The position numbers and the translations under genes were made by a program. A stretch of DNA of 41,000 nt from Mustelus asterias (taxonomy: Eukaryota): positions 1 through 41,000 of the forward strand of contig NW_027593001.1 in the NCBI RefSeq assembly GCF_964213995.1. Reading direction: 5' to 3'. This document shows, piece by piece, positions 1-12,001 of this stretch; positions within the stretch are counted from its first letter, which is position 1; each line of letters begins with the position of its first letter. The notes under the pieces were generated by a model. It searched no databases. It worked only from the letters and a program-made list of their open reading frames with translations, and had not been told where the DNA came from.

Positions 1-4
1 TTGG

Positions 5-330
5 TTAATCATCAGAATGTGACGCATGGTGAGAACATCTGAACGGTCTCTCGTCAGTGTGAACAAGCTGATGATGCCTCAGGTCCCAAGAACTTCCAAA
101 GCACTTCTCACAGTCTGGGCATTTAAAAAATCTCTTCCCAGTGTGAACTCGCTGGTGCGTCAGCAAGGTAGATGAACTAGTAAATCGCTTCCCACAGTCG
201 GGACAGGGGAATGGCCTCTCCCCAGTGTGATTGCGTCGATGAATTTCCAGCACTGACAGGTAACTGAATCCTTTCCCACATTCCCATAGTTTCTGCCCAG
301 TGTGACTTGTGTTTCAACAGGTCAGACGAT
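5..330 (-). pseudogene. C2H2 zinc-finger gene fragment (degenerate)
   Basis: ORF 5..253 has CxxC/HxxxH fingers with HTGERPF linkers. The upstream part is degenerate and the last finger is truncated. Confidence 0.75.
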
Positions 331-424
331 TGGCAGAAGCCATTTCACCCACTGTCAGAATGAACATGGTTCAGTCCTGGATGTGATTAACAGCAGCAAT
401 AACAGCAGAATCCAACCCCTGTCA

Positions 425-1319
425 TCACTTGTGAATTCGCTGGTGTCTCAGCAGGCGGGATGACCAAGTGAATCCCTTCCCACACACGGAGCAGGTGAAT
501 GGTTTCTCCCCAGAGTGAATTCGCTGGTGTGTCTGCAGGCTGGAGAACTGAGTGAATCCCTTCCCACACACGGTGCAGGTGAACAGCTTCTCCCCGGTGT
601 GAACTCGCTGGTGTGTCAGCAGGGTGGATGAGTGAGTAAATCCCTTCTCACACTCTGAGCAGGTGAACGGCCGCTCCCCAGTGTGAACTCGCCAGTGTGT
701 CAGCAGGGTGGAGGAGTCTTTAAATCCCTTCCCACAGTCAGAGCAAATGAATGGCCTCTCCCCAGTGTGAACTCGCTGGTGTCTCAGCAGAAGAGATGGA
801 TTAGTGAATCCCTTCCCACATTGAGAGCAGGTGAATGGCCTCTCGACTGTGAACCTGTTGGTGTGTCAGCAGTGTGGACGACTGAGCAAATCCCTTCCCA
901 CACTTGGAGCAGATGAATGGTCTCTCCCCAGTGTGACTGCGTCGATGAGTTTCCAGCTCAGACGGGGACCTGAATCCCTTCCCACAGTCCCCACATTTCC
1001 ACGGTTTCTCCATGGTGCAGGTGTCCTTGTGACTCTCCAGGTTAAACAATCAGTTAAATCTCACATCAAACACGGGTACAGTTTCTCCTCGCTGTGAATG
1101 CTGCGATGTATTTTCAGGCTGTGTAACTGGTTAAAGCTCTTTCCACACTCAGTTCACTGGAACACTCTCACTCGGGTGTGTGTGTGTCTCGGTGCTTTTC
1201 CAGTCACACTGATGTTAGAATGGCCGATGGTTTCACATCCCAGTGAATTGAGTGGCTCAGATCTTGACGTGATGTTTGTTTTGAGATTTCTGTCTCAAAA
1301 TTCTCCCCTTCTAATATCC
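425..1319 (-). pseudogene. C2H2 ZNF gene (ZNF-1), frameshifted
   Basis: Acceptor ttttacag|gatattagaag at ~1319 and [10 protein letters not shown] start. A 2-nt deletion in a linker at ~845 shifts the frame. Five further fingers run to QRIHK-stop at 425-427. Confidence 0.8.
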
Positions 1320-1552
1320 TGTAAAAGGAGTTCACAAAAGTCACCACTATTAGTGTCGGATAAAAATTCAGAACAGACAGTTTTAGTTTCTCTGGAACAA
1401 TCTGTCCTCTCATTCCCCCAAAGCTGTAAATCTGTCTATTTTTCCTCCATTCTCAGTCTGCTGTCCCTCCAACGCTCCTGAAGATGCTAATTCATGTTGA
1501 TTGACAGATCAATACATAATGCTTCCTGTCCTCAACACAGAGACCATAACAT

Positions 1553-1850
1553 CATGGAAAGTAGGAGGAATAGACCATTCGGCCCATTGAGCCTGCTGTT
1601 CCATTCAATAAGATGATGGTTGATCCGATTGTGCCCTTAACTCCACGTTCCCGCCTGTCGGCCATAACTCTTGTGGATAACAGTCTGCCTAACTCAGCCT
1701 GACGCAGCCTCCACTGCTCCCTGGGGAAAATAATTCCAAAGACCCCCTGAGGGAAGAAATTTCTCCTCCTCTCCATTCGAAATGAGAAACCCTTCATATT
1801 TGGCATTCTGCCCATGTGGGGAAATAACCTCTCTTCATCTGTCAAGCTAC
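1553..1850 (-). mobile_element. CR1/HER1 LINE 3' fragment
   Basis: ERRRNFFPQ-like ORF2 C-terminus and an atgggccgaatggtctattcctcct-type tail. Confidence 0.65.
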
Positions 1851-1853
1851 CTT

Positions 1854-2155
1854 GGGCAGCACGGTGACAGAGTGGTAAACACTGCTGCCTCACAGCGCCA
1901 GGGATCCGGGTTCAATACCAGGCTTAGGTCACTGTCTGTGCAGAGTCTGCACATTCCCCCCGTGTCTGTGTGAGTTTCTTCCAGATGCTCCGGTTTCCTC
2001 CCACAGTCCAAAAGACGTGCTGGTTAGGTGCACTGGCCAAACTAAATTCTCCCTCAGTGTAACCAAACAGGCGCTGGAGTGTGACGACTAGAGGATTTTC
2101 ACAGTCACTTCTTTGCAGTGTTAACGTAAGCCTACTTGTGGCACTAATAAATAAA
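1854..2155 (+). mobile_element. tRNA-derived SINE (HE1/V-SINE-like)
   Basis: gggcagcacggtgacagagtggtaaacactgctgcctcacagcgccagggatccgggttcaat (A/B boxes), the tccggtttcctcccacagtccaaa core, and an A-rich end. Confidence 0.8.
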
Positions 2156-2339
2156 ATTTAAACTTAAAAAGATTACCCCTCATTCTTCTAAACTCCAATG
2201 AGTACAGGCTCAACCGTTCCCAATAACACAACACCTTCCCAGGTATTAGACTGGTGATCCAGTATAACGTGGGAAAATGTGAACTTGTCCACTCAGACAG
2301 AAAGAACAGAAAAAGCAGCAGCTTATTTAAATGAATTGC

Positions 2340-3296
2340 AGAACAAAGAACAATACAGCACAGGAACAGGCCCTTCGGCCCTCCAAGCCTGCACCGATCA
2401 TGTGTTCCTAACTGGACCATCCGTTTGTATCCCTCTATTCCCAGTCTGTTCATGTGGCTATCTAGATAAGTCTTAAATGATCCTAGCGTGTCCGCCTCAA
2501 CCACCTTGCTTGGTAGTGCATTCCAGGCCCCCACCACCCTCTGTGTAAAAAACTTTCCCATACTTATCTGTATTGAACCTTGCCCCCCTTACCTTGAACT
2601 TGTGACCCCTTGTGTTTGTCATTTCTGACCTGGGAAAAAGCTTCCAACTGTTCACCCTATCTATGCCCTTCATAATTTTATAAACTTCTATTAGGTCGCC
2701 CCTCAACCTCCGTCTTTCCAGGGAGAACAACCCTAGTTTACTGAATCACACCTCATAGCGAATACCCTCCATACCAGGCAACATCCTGGTAAACCTTCTC
2801 TGCACTCTCTCCAAAGCCTCCACGTCCTTCTGGTAGTGTGGCGACCAGAACTGGACGCAGTATTCCAAATGTGGCCGAACCAACGTTCTATATAACTGCA
2901 ACATCATATGCTAACTTTTACCCTCGATGCCCCGTCCAATAAAGGCAAGCATGCCATATGCCTTCTTCACCACCTTTTCCACCTGTGCTGCCACCTTTAA
3001 GGTTCTGTGGACTTGCACACCCAGGTCCCTCTGTGTGTCTATACTCCTGATGGTTCTGCCATTTATTGTATAGCTCCCCCCTGCATTAGATCTACCAAAA
3101 TGCATCACTTCACATTTATCTGGATTAAATTCCATCTGCCATTTCTCCGTCCAATTTTCCAGCCTATCTATATCCTGCTGTATTCTCTGACAATGTTCAT
3201 CACTATCCGCAACTCCAGCAATCTTTGTGTCATCCGCAAACTTACTAATCAGACCAGCTACATCTTCTTCCAAATCATTTATATATATCACAAACA
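2340..3296 (-). mobile_element. CR1/HER1 LINE, 5'-truncated (RT C-terminus + 3' UTR)
   Basis: SKFADDTK, WQMEFNPDKC and LERRRLRGDLIEVYKI motifs, with a (ttctttg) tail. Confidence 0.95.
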
Positions 3297-3929
3297 GAAC
3301 TCTGAGGTACAGAGCAATTTGGGTGCCTTGGCAGGTGAATCACAAGTTAGTTTCCAGGTGCAGGGTTAATACTCAGGTCCATGAACTCCACCACCGTGCA
3401 CCCCACAAACTTTGTCACCCTCATCAGTGATACTATCCTCCTCCCTGACCACAGTCTGAACCAGACCAATTGCAATCTTCCTTTCCTATTTGACCTCGAG
3501 TTGAGCTATTGGCGACATATCCTTACCCTCTCTAATATTACTGTTTCCACCTCTAAGACAATTAGATCCATCCTGCCTCAGTTCATTTGCTGCTGAACTT
3601 CTCATCTTGCCTTTGTTACTTTCAGATTTGACTATTCCAACGCTCTTCTGATCGATCCCCCATCTTCCATTCTCCATAAACTTACCCTCCTCCAGAACTC
3701 TCTGGATGGTTGGCAGTTTAGTGGGAAAGAGTGAATAGAACGGAAGATGGGTTTCATGGACAAGATTAGCTCTTGAAGGGACAAGGGGAGATGGAGAGAA
3801 ACGAAAGAAAGAAGTCAGTTTAAGGCCTGGGCTGGGCAGATCTTCACAACAATTTTGAACTTCCGGGGTAGTGGACGGGAGGAAAGCAGCAGAGGCAGCT
3901 GATCAGATTGTCTCAATCTTAGTGACAAT

Positions 3930-4266
3930 GGGGCAGCACAGAGGCAGAGTGGGAGCATTGCTGCCTTACAGCGCCAGAGACCCAGGTTCAATTCCAGACC
4001 AGGTGGGCAGTTTGCACGTTCTCCTGAAGTCTGTGGGGGTTACCAATGGGTGCTCTGCTTTCCTACCACAGTCCAAAGATGTGCAGGTTAGGTGGCTTGG
4101 CCATGCTAAATTGCCCCTTAGTGTCTAAAGATATGTGGGTTGGGCGTATTGGCCATGATGGATGCATGGGGATAGGGCCGAGGTAATATGCTCTGTTGGA
4201 GAGTTGGTGTAGACTGAATGGGCCGAATGGCCTCCTTCCACATTGCAGGGATTCTATGATTCCATG
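3930..4266 (+). mobile_element. HE1-like SINE with HER1-derived tail
   Basis: tRNA-like head, SINE core, and 3' gggccgaatggcctccttc...gattctatgattc. Confidence 0.8.
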
Positions 4267-4542
4267 AGCTCCTCACACTCGTTGCTTTGGCAAGAATGAA
4301 GGAGACTGGGGATACCGAGGATGTTTTAAAAAGAGCTAACTTGTGTTAGAGATATTAAAATTATTAACCACACTGGCTGTTCCAACACAAAGCTGATTTA
4401 TTTTACTTTTATCCAGATTATTAACACATATGATAGGGATTGAGTTTCTCAACATCAGCAGAAACAGAGAACAAAGGTATTTTTTAAGACAAATGATAGA
4501 AAAATATCAGGAAGGTCAATGCAATAAGAAGATTGTATTAAG

Positions 4543-4657
4543 TAAAAGCAAATTACTGTGGATGCTTGAAATCTGAACTAAAACAGAAAATTTGGGAAAA
4601 TCTCAGCAGGTTTGGCAGCATCTGTGGAAAGAGAAACAGAGTTAACGTTTCAAGTCT
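4543..4657 (-). mobile_element. Penelope-like terminal-repeat fragment (family 2)
   Basis: Homologous to 7330-7440 and 33410-33580. On the minus strand it contains gacttgaaacgtt. Confidence 0.5.
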
Positions 4658-4779
4658 GTACAGATCAGGTAAGAATGGCAGATTTCCCTCCCTCAAGGAC
4701 ACTAATGAACCAAAGATCCAATTTCCCTCCCTGTCAAGTTGAGATTAGGGAAGGGGATCAGAGTGAAGGTGTAAGGATT

Positions 4780-5390
4780 ATGGGTGAAGACTTGAAGAAT
4801 ATGAGTAGCTTCAAGTTCCTGGGGTCAGTGATGGGAGGAGATGGAAATTTGGAAATGAAGAAACAGATTAGCTCTGGCTGCAGTAATTGGAAGATGTGCA
4901 GTGGAATATTCGGTGATAGAAAATTATCACTGAACTTGAAAAGAAAGAATCTACAATCACAAAGTAGTTGAGGCCGAAACATTGTGTGATTTCAAGAAGA
5001 AATTAGATATAGCTCTTGGGACTAAAGGGATCAGGATATTGAATTTGATGATCAGCCATGATCATAATGAATGGCGCAGCAGGATCGAAGGGCCGAATGG
5101 CCTACTCCTGCTTCTAGTTTTTATGTTTCTATGTAGTGGAGAAGAGATTGAAATGGTCTGGACATCTGTTATGGAGAGTGAGGGAGGAAATGTGGTGAGG
5201 GGAGTGATGGACATGGGACTGTCAGGAAGAAGGAGAGGAGGAATGTCTAAGACCAGATGGAAAGATGTGGTGGACAGAATCAGAAATACAGTGGGATTGG
5301 GAGAGGGATGGTGACTGACAGGAGGAGATGGTGAAGCAGCTTTGTGGTGATTCCAAGTAAAATCGGAAGAGGAGGAAGAAAAACACCCAG
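4780..5390 (+). mobile_element. Decayed RTE-clade LINE 3' end, interrupted by a CR1 3' fragment (~4960-5135)
   Basis: FKFLGSV, WKMCSGIFGDRKLSLNLK, RLKWSGH and GRRRGG..KTRWKDVV are typical of the RTE ORF C-terminus. Confidence 0.65.
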
Positions 5391-5438
5391 ATCCCAGTGA
5401 ACATGGATGTGGTTAACAGCAAAACCAAATTGTGGTAG

Positions 5439-6567
5439 TTACTCGTGAACTGACTGGTGTCTCAGCAGATTGGATAACTCGATGAATCCTTTCCCGCACT
5501 GGGAACAGGTGAATGGCCTCTCCCCAGTGTGAATTCGCTGGTGCCTCTGCAGGTTGGCTGACTGAGTGAATCCCTTCCCACATTTAGGGCAGGTGAATGG
5601 CCTTTCTCCAGTGTGTGTGCGCTGGTGTTTCAGCAGGGTGGATAAATCAGTGAATCCCTTCCCGCACTCGGAGCAGGTGAACGGTCTCTCCCCGGTGTGA
5701 ATTCGTTGGTGAACAGTCAGGTTTGTTGAACTCCTGAACCCAGTCCCGCAGTCAGTGCACTTGAATGGTCTCTCGTCCGTGTGAACGCGTTGATGGGACA
5801 TCAGTTGGCTGGAACTTTTATAGCACTTCCCACAGTCTGGGCATTTAAAAGGTCTCTCGTCAGTGTGAACTCGCTGGTGTATCAGCAAGTCAGATGGCCG
5901 AGTGAATCCCTTCCCACACTCGGAGCCAGGTGAATGGCTTCTCCCCAGTGTGAGTCAGTTTGTGTAAATGCAGGCTGCCGGACTGAGTGAATCCCTTCCC
6001 ACACTCGGAGCAGGTGAACGGTCTCTCCCCAGTGTGAACCTGCCAGTGAACCAAGAGGTTGGATAATTGAATGAATCCCTTCCCACACTCAGAGCAGGTA
6101 AATGGTCTCTCTCCAGAGTGAACTCGCTGGTGCGTCTGTGGGTGGGATGACCGAGTGAAACTCTTCCTACACACGGAACAGGTGAATGGCTTTTCCCCAG
6201 TGTGATCACGTTGGTGTGTCAGCAGGTGGGATAACTGAGTGAATCCCTTCCCACACTGAGAGCAGGGGAATGGCCTCTCCCCAGTGTGAACTCGCCGGTG
6301 ATTCAGCAAGGTTGCTGACCGAGTGAATCCCTTCCCACACTCGGGGCAGGTGAACGGCCTCTCCCCACTATGAAGTCGCTGGTGATTCTGCAGGGCAGAT
6401 GAATGACTGAATTCCTTCCCACAGTCCCCACATTTCCACACCTTCTCCCTGGTGTGACTGCGCTTGTGTCTCGACAGGCCAGATGACTGGCTGAAGCCTC
6501 GCCCACACACAGAACACACGTACAGTTTCTCTCCACTGTGAACAGTGCTTTTTCCTTCCATGTTCAA
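5439..6567 (-). pseudogene. 13-finger C2H2 ZNF (ZNF-2) with a single +1 frameshift
   Basis: ORFs 5890..6567 and 5439..5888 join if one C of gagccagg (~5926) is removed. Acceptor tttcacag at ~6671. Could be an intact gene with a sequencing error. Confidence 0.8.
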
Positions 6568-8524
6568 AATCCGATGAAATTCAGGTTATGATAAATTAGG
6601 TGACCCCGTCAGATTTTGATGTGATGTTTGATTTCTGTTTCCTGACTGCAAATCCTCCCCTTCTAAAACCCTGTGAAATTGATTTAAAACAGAAAAAAGG
6701 GCGTGAGAGAGAACCCACAAGAACACAAAGGCAGGTTGTGAAATTGAGCTGAATGAATCTGGTAATTTGTGGGGCAGGCACTAGGAAAACGTGACCATGG
6801 AAACTGCTGGATTGTCACAAAAATCAGACAGGTTCAGTAATATCCTTCAGGGAAGAGAACCTGCCATCTGTTCTGTGCCTTCACAAGACTCTGGACACAA
6901 TGGGTGAAGAGAGATAGAGAGTGATATATATACACATAATATATACATACACACGAGAGAGATTGCCCCAATACAAACTTCACTCCCTAACCGCGCTATC
7001 CTTCTCCCGAGCAACTATCTGAAGTGAAATTAATTTCACAACATTACTGCCATCCTTTACCCAAAACTGAGCTTCCGACCCTGTACCTCTAGACTTAACC
7101 ACCCCATCTCTGAAATCTCCTCCATCACACAACCCTGTGAGATATCTGTACTGATCTAATTGTGGCATCATGAGTGTGCCACATTTCAATCACACCAACA
7201 CTGTGAAAAAGTGTGTGTAACTGGAAAACACAGATCAACATCCACAACCAACACCCGCCCCGATACAAGTCATTCTTAATTGGTCAATCTGTGCTTCAAG
7301 GCTCGGTTCTGGGACAAACGCCTGCAACAAAATAATAGCAAAATACTGTGGTTGCTGAAAATCTGAAATAAAAAGAGCAAATACTGAAAATACTTAACTT
7401 GTTAGCAAGTAACTGTGGCAAGAGAACAGAGTTAAAATATCAGGGTGTGCAGAATCCATATGGATATACAATCAGGATCAAGCGTAGGCCATTCAGCCCC
7501 TCAAGCCTGCTCCACCATTTAATAAGATCATGGCTAATCTGACAGTAAGTTCAAATCTTCAATTCCAGGGAATTATGGTGCAGATTTGATGTTTAATATC
7601 AGCCAATGAGCAAAAGAGAAATGATCTCCAGTGCAGGAAAAATAATTCCTGACCATTGGAAGATAAAGATGGTACATCAGAAGCACATAGCTGAGGGATG
7701 GGAAAAGGTGAAAGCTTCATTTAGATACAGTTGCAAGAAAATAACAGTAAAGTACCAAACACGGTTAAAATAAATCTACCACTAGAAAAATAGAGAGTTA
7801 AACAATGACAGAGGTAATCAGAGAGGGCAGAGGTGAAACAGAGCAATGGATGGATATAGATTCAGATCCAAATGAAAGGACTCAGACCAGCCTGAGAGGT
7901 AGAACAGAGCACAAATAACAGAGCATAGCACTAAAAGCACTGGATTGTAGATGAATGCTCAATAATACTCACTTCTGGAACTATTTGAAAACCTCCTGCT
8001 GCAGCTGGAAAGATATCAGAAGCATTGGAATCAGAGAAATCACAGACTTCAAATCTTCCAACTCCCTGTAAAAGGAGATTACAAGAGTCATGTGTCAACT
8101 GTGGTTAGAAAATAAGAGATAAACATTTTTCTTGGTTTGCGATTGCTCCTCTTTTAACCCCCTGTAAAAGGGTGCAGGATTATGTAAAATGGGATATGCT
8201 TACATTGGAAGTAATTCAGACAAGGTTCACTGAGCTGATTCCAGGCACGAAGTGTTTTTTTTAAATGAGGAAACATTGGGCAGGGTGTACCTATACTCAT
8301 TAGATTTTAGATAAATGTTGTAACTGAAGCATATAAGATTCTGTGGGTGCTTGACAGGATAAGTGCTGCAAGGATGTTTCCCCTCAGAGGGAAATGTGGA
8401 ACTGCAGAGACAGTTTAAAAGGAAGGGTTGAAGACAGATGAGGAGAAATCGCTTCGCTCAGAGGTCCAGTAGCCTGTGCAATTCTCTCCTTCAGTGAGCA
8501 ATGGAAGCTGGCTCATTGGGTATA

Positions 8525-8599
8525 CACACAGTAAGCGTTTTAACAACACCAGGTGACGCTTACTGTGTTTACCCCAGTCCAACGCCGGCATCTCCACAT
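8525..8599. mobile_element. Penelope-like inverted-repeat mini-element (family 1)
   Basis: Inverted arms plus ccccagtccaacgccggcatctccacatc tail. TSD cattgggtata at 8514-8524 and 8600-8610. Confidence 0.75.
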
Positions 8600-8899
8600 C
8601 ATTGGGTATATTCAGGGCTGTGTTGTACACCATTTTTACCGACAAGGGAGTGGTGGGTTGGGGAGGTTGGGGCTGGAGGAACATTGAGTGAAGGCAATGA
8701 TCAGATGAAGCACTGAATGGCAGAGCAGCCTCGATGGGTGGAATGGCCTGACACATGCGCACTGATTCACATTCCCACCTACAGAAGGGCGGCAGTCAGC
8801 CCAGGCCCAACACTACCAGCTGCGGCTCCATTTGGTACAAACGGGGGGACCGGGATGTTCTTTCCCGGGATTTGAACAACATGTTTCCGAAGCCTCTCC

Positions 8900-9500
8900 A
8901 ACCGCCACATTCACCGCGCGCCGCTCTTCACCTCCTATTGACCCGGGATCCGTCTGTCGCCATTTCCCGCACTGCGCATGCCCGAGGCTCCGCCCCTCAT
9001 TCACTCTGATTGGTTGGAGGACCCGCCGCTCCCGCACGGTCCTCCAGCCCCGCCCCTCATTCACTCTGATTGGTTGGAGGACCAGCCGGTCCCGCTTGGT
9101 CCTCCATCCCCGCCCCTCATTCACTCTGATTGGTCCGGAGCTGCCGTCAATCTGTTCCCGGGCCCAGCGAGCTGGAGCATGCGCATTGTCGAATCCGGAT
9201 GGGGTCAGTTTGGTTGGAAACTGGCAGCGGGTCAGATTCAGAAACGAGGTGAGCGGGAAACACTGGAGCCGGCGGGTAGTGTGGGAGGCTAAATAAACAC
9301 ACGGTGTAGGCCCAGAACCGCCAACGAAAAACCATCGGCCTTCCATTTGCCACACAGGAGCCGTCGTTTTTTTTGTTCTGCGGTTGAAGGCTCGGGTTAG
9401 CGCCGCCATCTTTATAGGGGGCAACATTCTGCAATGCGCATGCGCCATCTTGATCATGGGCCATGTACTGCAGTGCGCAGGCGCGGCCATTGTGGCTGGA
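8900..9500. promoter_or_regulatory. CpG-island bidirectional promoter for ZNF-2 (-) and ZNF-3 (+)
   Basis: CpG-rich, with 3 x GC-box+CCAAT units, NRF1-like tgcgcatgc (8974, ~9177, ~9435) and YY1-like cgccat(t/c)tt (8958, ~9404, ~9443). Outward-facing donors at ~8914 (-) and 9249 (+). Confidence 0.75.
8990..9135. repeat. 3 x 60-bp tandem repeat (ccgcccctcattcactctgattgg)
   Basis: Identical cores start at 8990, 9050 and 9110. Confidence 0.95.
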
Positions 9501-9539
9501 CTCTGGGGAGGATTCCCAGTCTCTGACCTGCTCTTGTCA

Positions 9540-9790
9540 CAAGAAGTCTCACACCACCAGGTTAAAGTCCAACAGGTTTATTTGGTAGCAAAAGCCACTC
9601 GCTTTCGGAGCTCTGCTCCTTCATCAGGTGAGTGCGAGTTCTGTTCACAAACAGGGCACAAAGACACAAACTCAATTTACAAGATAATGATTGGAATGCG
9701 AGTCTTTTCAGGTAATCAAGTCTTAAAGGTCCAGACAATGTGAGTGGAGAGAGGGTTAAGCACAAGTTAAAGAGATGTGTATTGTCTCTT
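9540..9790 (-). mobile_element. Penelope-like pLTR fragment (family 1) with hammerhead-like motif
   Basis: aagaagtctcac...gttaaagtccaacagg end. The minus strand of 9596-9630 reads cac-CTGATGA-A-GGAGC-aga-GCTCC-GAAA-gcga-gtg. Confidence 0.75.
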
Positions 9791-10261
9791 TTAGACACAG
9801 GCTCTTGTAGGTCCAGTATTCATATGTCTAGTCCAGTTCAGTTTTTGGTCAACGGTAATCCCCAGGATGTTGATAGTTGGGGAATTCATTGATGGTAATG
9901 CCATTTAATATCATGGAGATGATGGTTAGATTCCCTCTTGTTGGGGATGGCATTGGCTGACATTTGTGTGTCGTGAAGGTTACTTGTCACTTATTAGCCC
10001 AAACCTGAACATTATCCAGGTCTTGCTGCTTTTGGACATGGACTGCTTCAATATCTGGGGAGTCATGAACAGTGCTGAACTTTGTATTATCACCAGTGAA
10101 CATCCCCTCCCGAGCCCCCCCTTTTCTGAGCTTATGGCGGAGGGAAGTTATTGAAGAAGTCACTGGAGTTGGTTGGACCAAGGACAGGACTCTGAGGAAC
10201 TCCTGAAGTGATGTCTTGGGCCTGAAATGACTGATCTCCAAAAATCACAACCATCTATACT

Positions 10262-10430
10262 TGTGATCTGGAGATGCCAGCATTGGACTGGGGTGGGCCC
10301 AGTAAGAAGTCTCACAACACCAGGTTAAAGTCCAACAGGTTTATTTGGAATCACAAGCTTTTGGAGTGCTGCTCCTTCACCTGATGAAAGCTCGTGATTT
10401 CAAATAAACCTGTTGGACTGTAACCTGATC
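10262..10430. mobile_element. Penelope-like inverted-repeat element (family 1) inside a decayed CR1
   Basis: Inverted arms around an internally deleted hammerhead (cacctgatgaaagctcgtg). Confidence 0.7.
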
Positions 10431-12001
10431 TCTATTTGTGTGAGGTGTGACTGAACTCGTGCAGAGGTTTTGCCCTGATTCCCATTAACCTCAATTTAGA
10501 CAGGATTCCTCGTGTTGACCTCTTTTATCCATGTTTAGATCAAGGCTGTAGTGAGTTTAGGAGCTGAGTGGCTCTGGTGGAACCCAAACTGAGCTTCAGG
10601 GAGCAAATTATTATTTTATAAGTACCATTTGATTGCACTGTCTAGAACCCTTTCCATCACTTTGCTGATGATCAAAATCCTGTAACTCTCTTCCTAACAG
10701 CACTGTGTAGCTGCACCACATGGACTGCAGCAGTTCAAGAAGGCAGCTCACCACTCCTTTCTTGAGGGCAATTAGCAATAAATGTCGGCTTAATCAGCAA
10801 TGCCCAGATCCCACAGAGGAACTTTTAAAAATTAGGAAAGGTAAAACAATGTTATGGTTTTGTGAGGGGAATTGAATACATAACAAAAAGAACTGATGTG
10901 GCTGCACTTGGCCAGGCTGGATTTGTCCTGCTTTCTGTGGACGGCCCAAACCTGGGCAATTTTTGACATTATTAGGTAAGTGTCAATACTCCAACAGCAC
11001 ATAAGCAGCTTGCTGGAAAATCATTTAGGAAGTGAAACCTTGTCCATTTTGGAGTTGTCTGACATCACTCTGGGTCTTTGGATTACTCGTCCAGTGACAA
11101 TACCACAATGCCACCATCTCCCCATAAGGTTACTGGTCTCTATGGGGAGATAACAATAGAGATATGTCCAGTGTTGTTTTATAGTACACATTAGATATAA
11201 TCATCATGTTTCAGTTATAGAATATATTTATTATTTCCATTCTTGTAATCTAGTACTGTAACCATGTTACATATTTCCAGTCTGTGACAGTACAGATCAG
11301 AAGGAATCTGGTTTAAAATTTGAGTCCCTGTCAACTCTCTGGATTCCAATCCACTCAGTCCCATTCCGTCCTCTTTATCCCCTTACCGTGTTTGTCATTT
11401 TCCTTCGAGTGTCCGCCCAATATCATTTTGAAACTTTGTCTTTTTAACCATCCTCAGAGACATTCCAGATTTTGACCACTCGCTGTCAAGATAAAGTTCT
11501 TCCTCACTTTCCCCTTCCCACCTCTCTCTAATTAAGAAATGCAATATTTATACCATATTTTTAGTCCAGTTATATGACCACAGAAACTAGAAATGTCTGT
11601 GCTGAATGTTAATCCTGCACTGACAGAGACAACTTTTGGAAATTCCTTTTACAGAATATCAGAAGGTGAGGATTTGCAGACAGAATTCTCAAACCAAATG
11701 TCAGGTGAAGAATGGCCAGAATCGCTCGATCGTCAGGACCTGAATATCATTGGCCTTTGAATCGAGAAGGAGAATGTTTCTCTGTTCTGTCTGCTTCAGA
11801 AAATTTTAAACATCAGTGTGACTTGAAAAGCACGAAACACACATGCAAATGAGAGCGTTCCAGTGCACTGACTGAGGAAAGAGCTTTGACCAGTTAGATA
11901 ATCTAAAGAAACATTACAGGAGAGAAAGACCATATCTGTGCTGAGTGTGTGGACACCTCGGCTGATCAACAAACCTGGAGAAACACAAGGACGCCTGCAC
12001 C

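Noticed and set aside
1854-1925. tRNA-like heads (also at 3930, 18978, 24985)
   Set aside because: They continue into SINE bodies, so they are not tRNA genes.
8990-9135. Repeat-spacer pattern resembling a CRISPR array
   Set aside because: The spacers are homologous to each other, the context is vertebrate, and there are no cas genes.
8813-9490. Long ORFs across the CpG island
   Set aside because: They are explained by high GC and the 60-bp repeat, and show no protein-like features.
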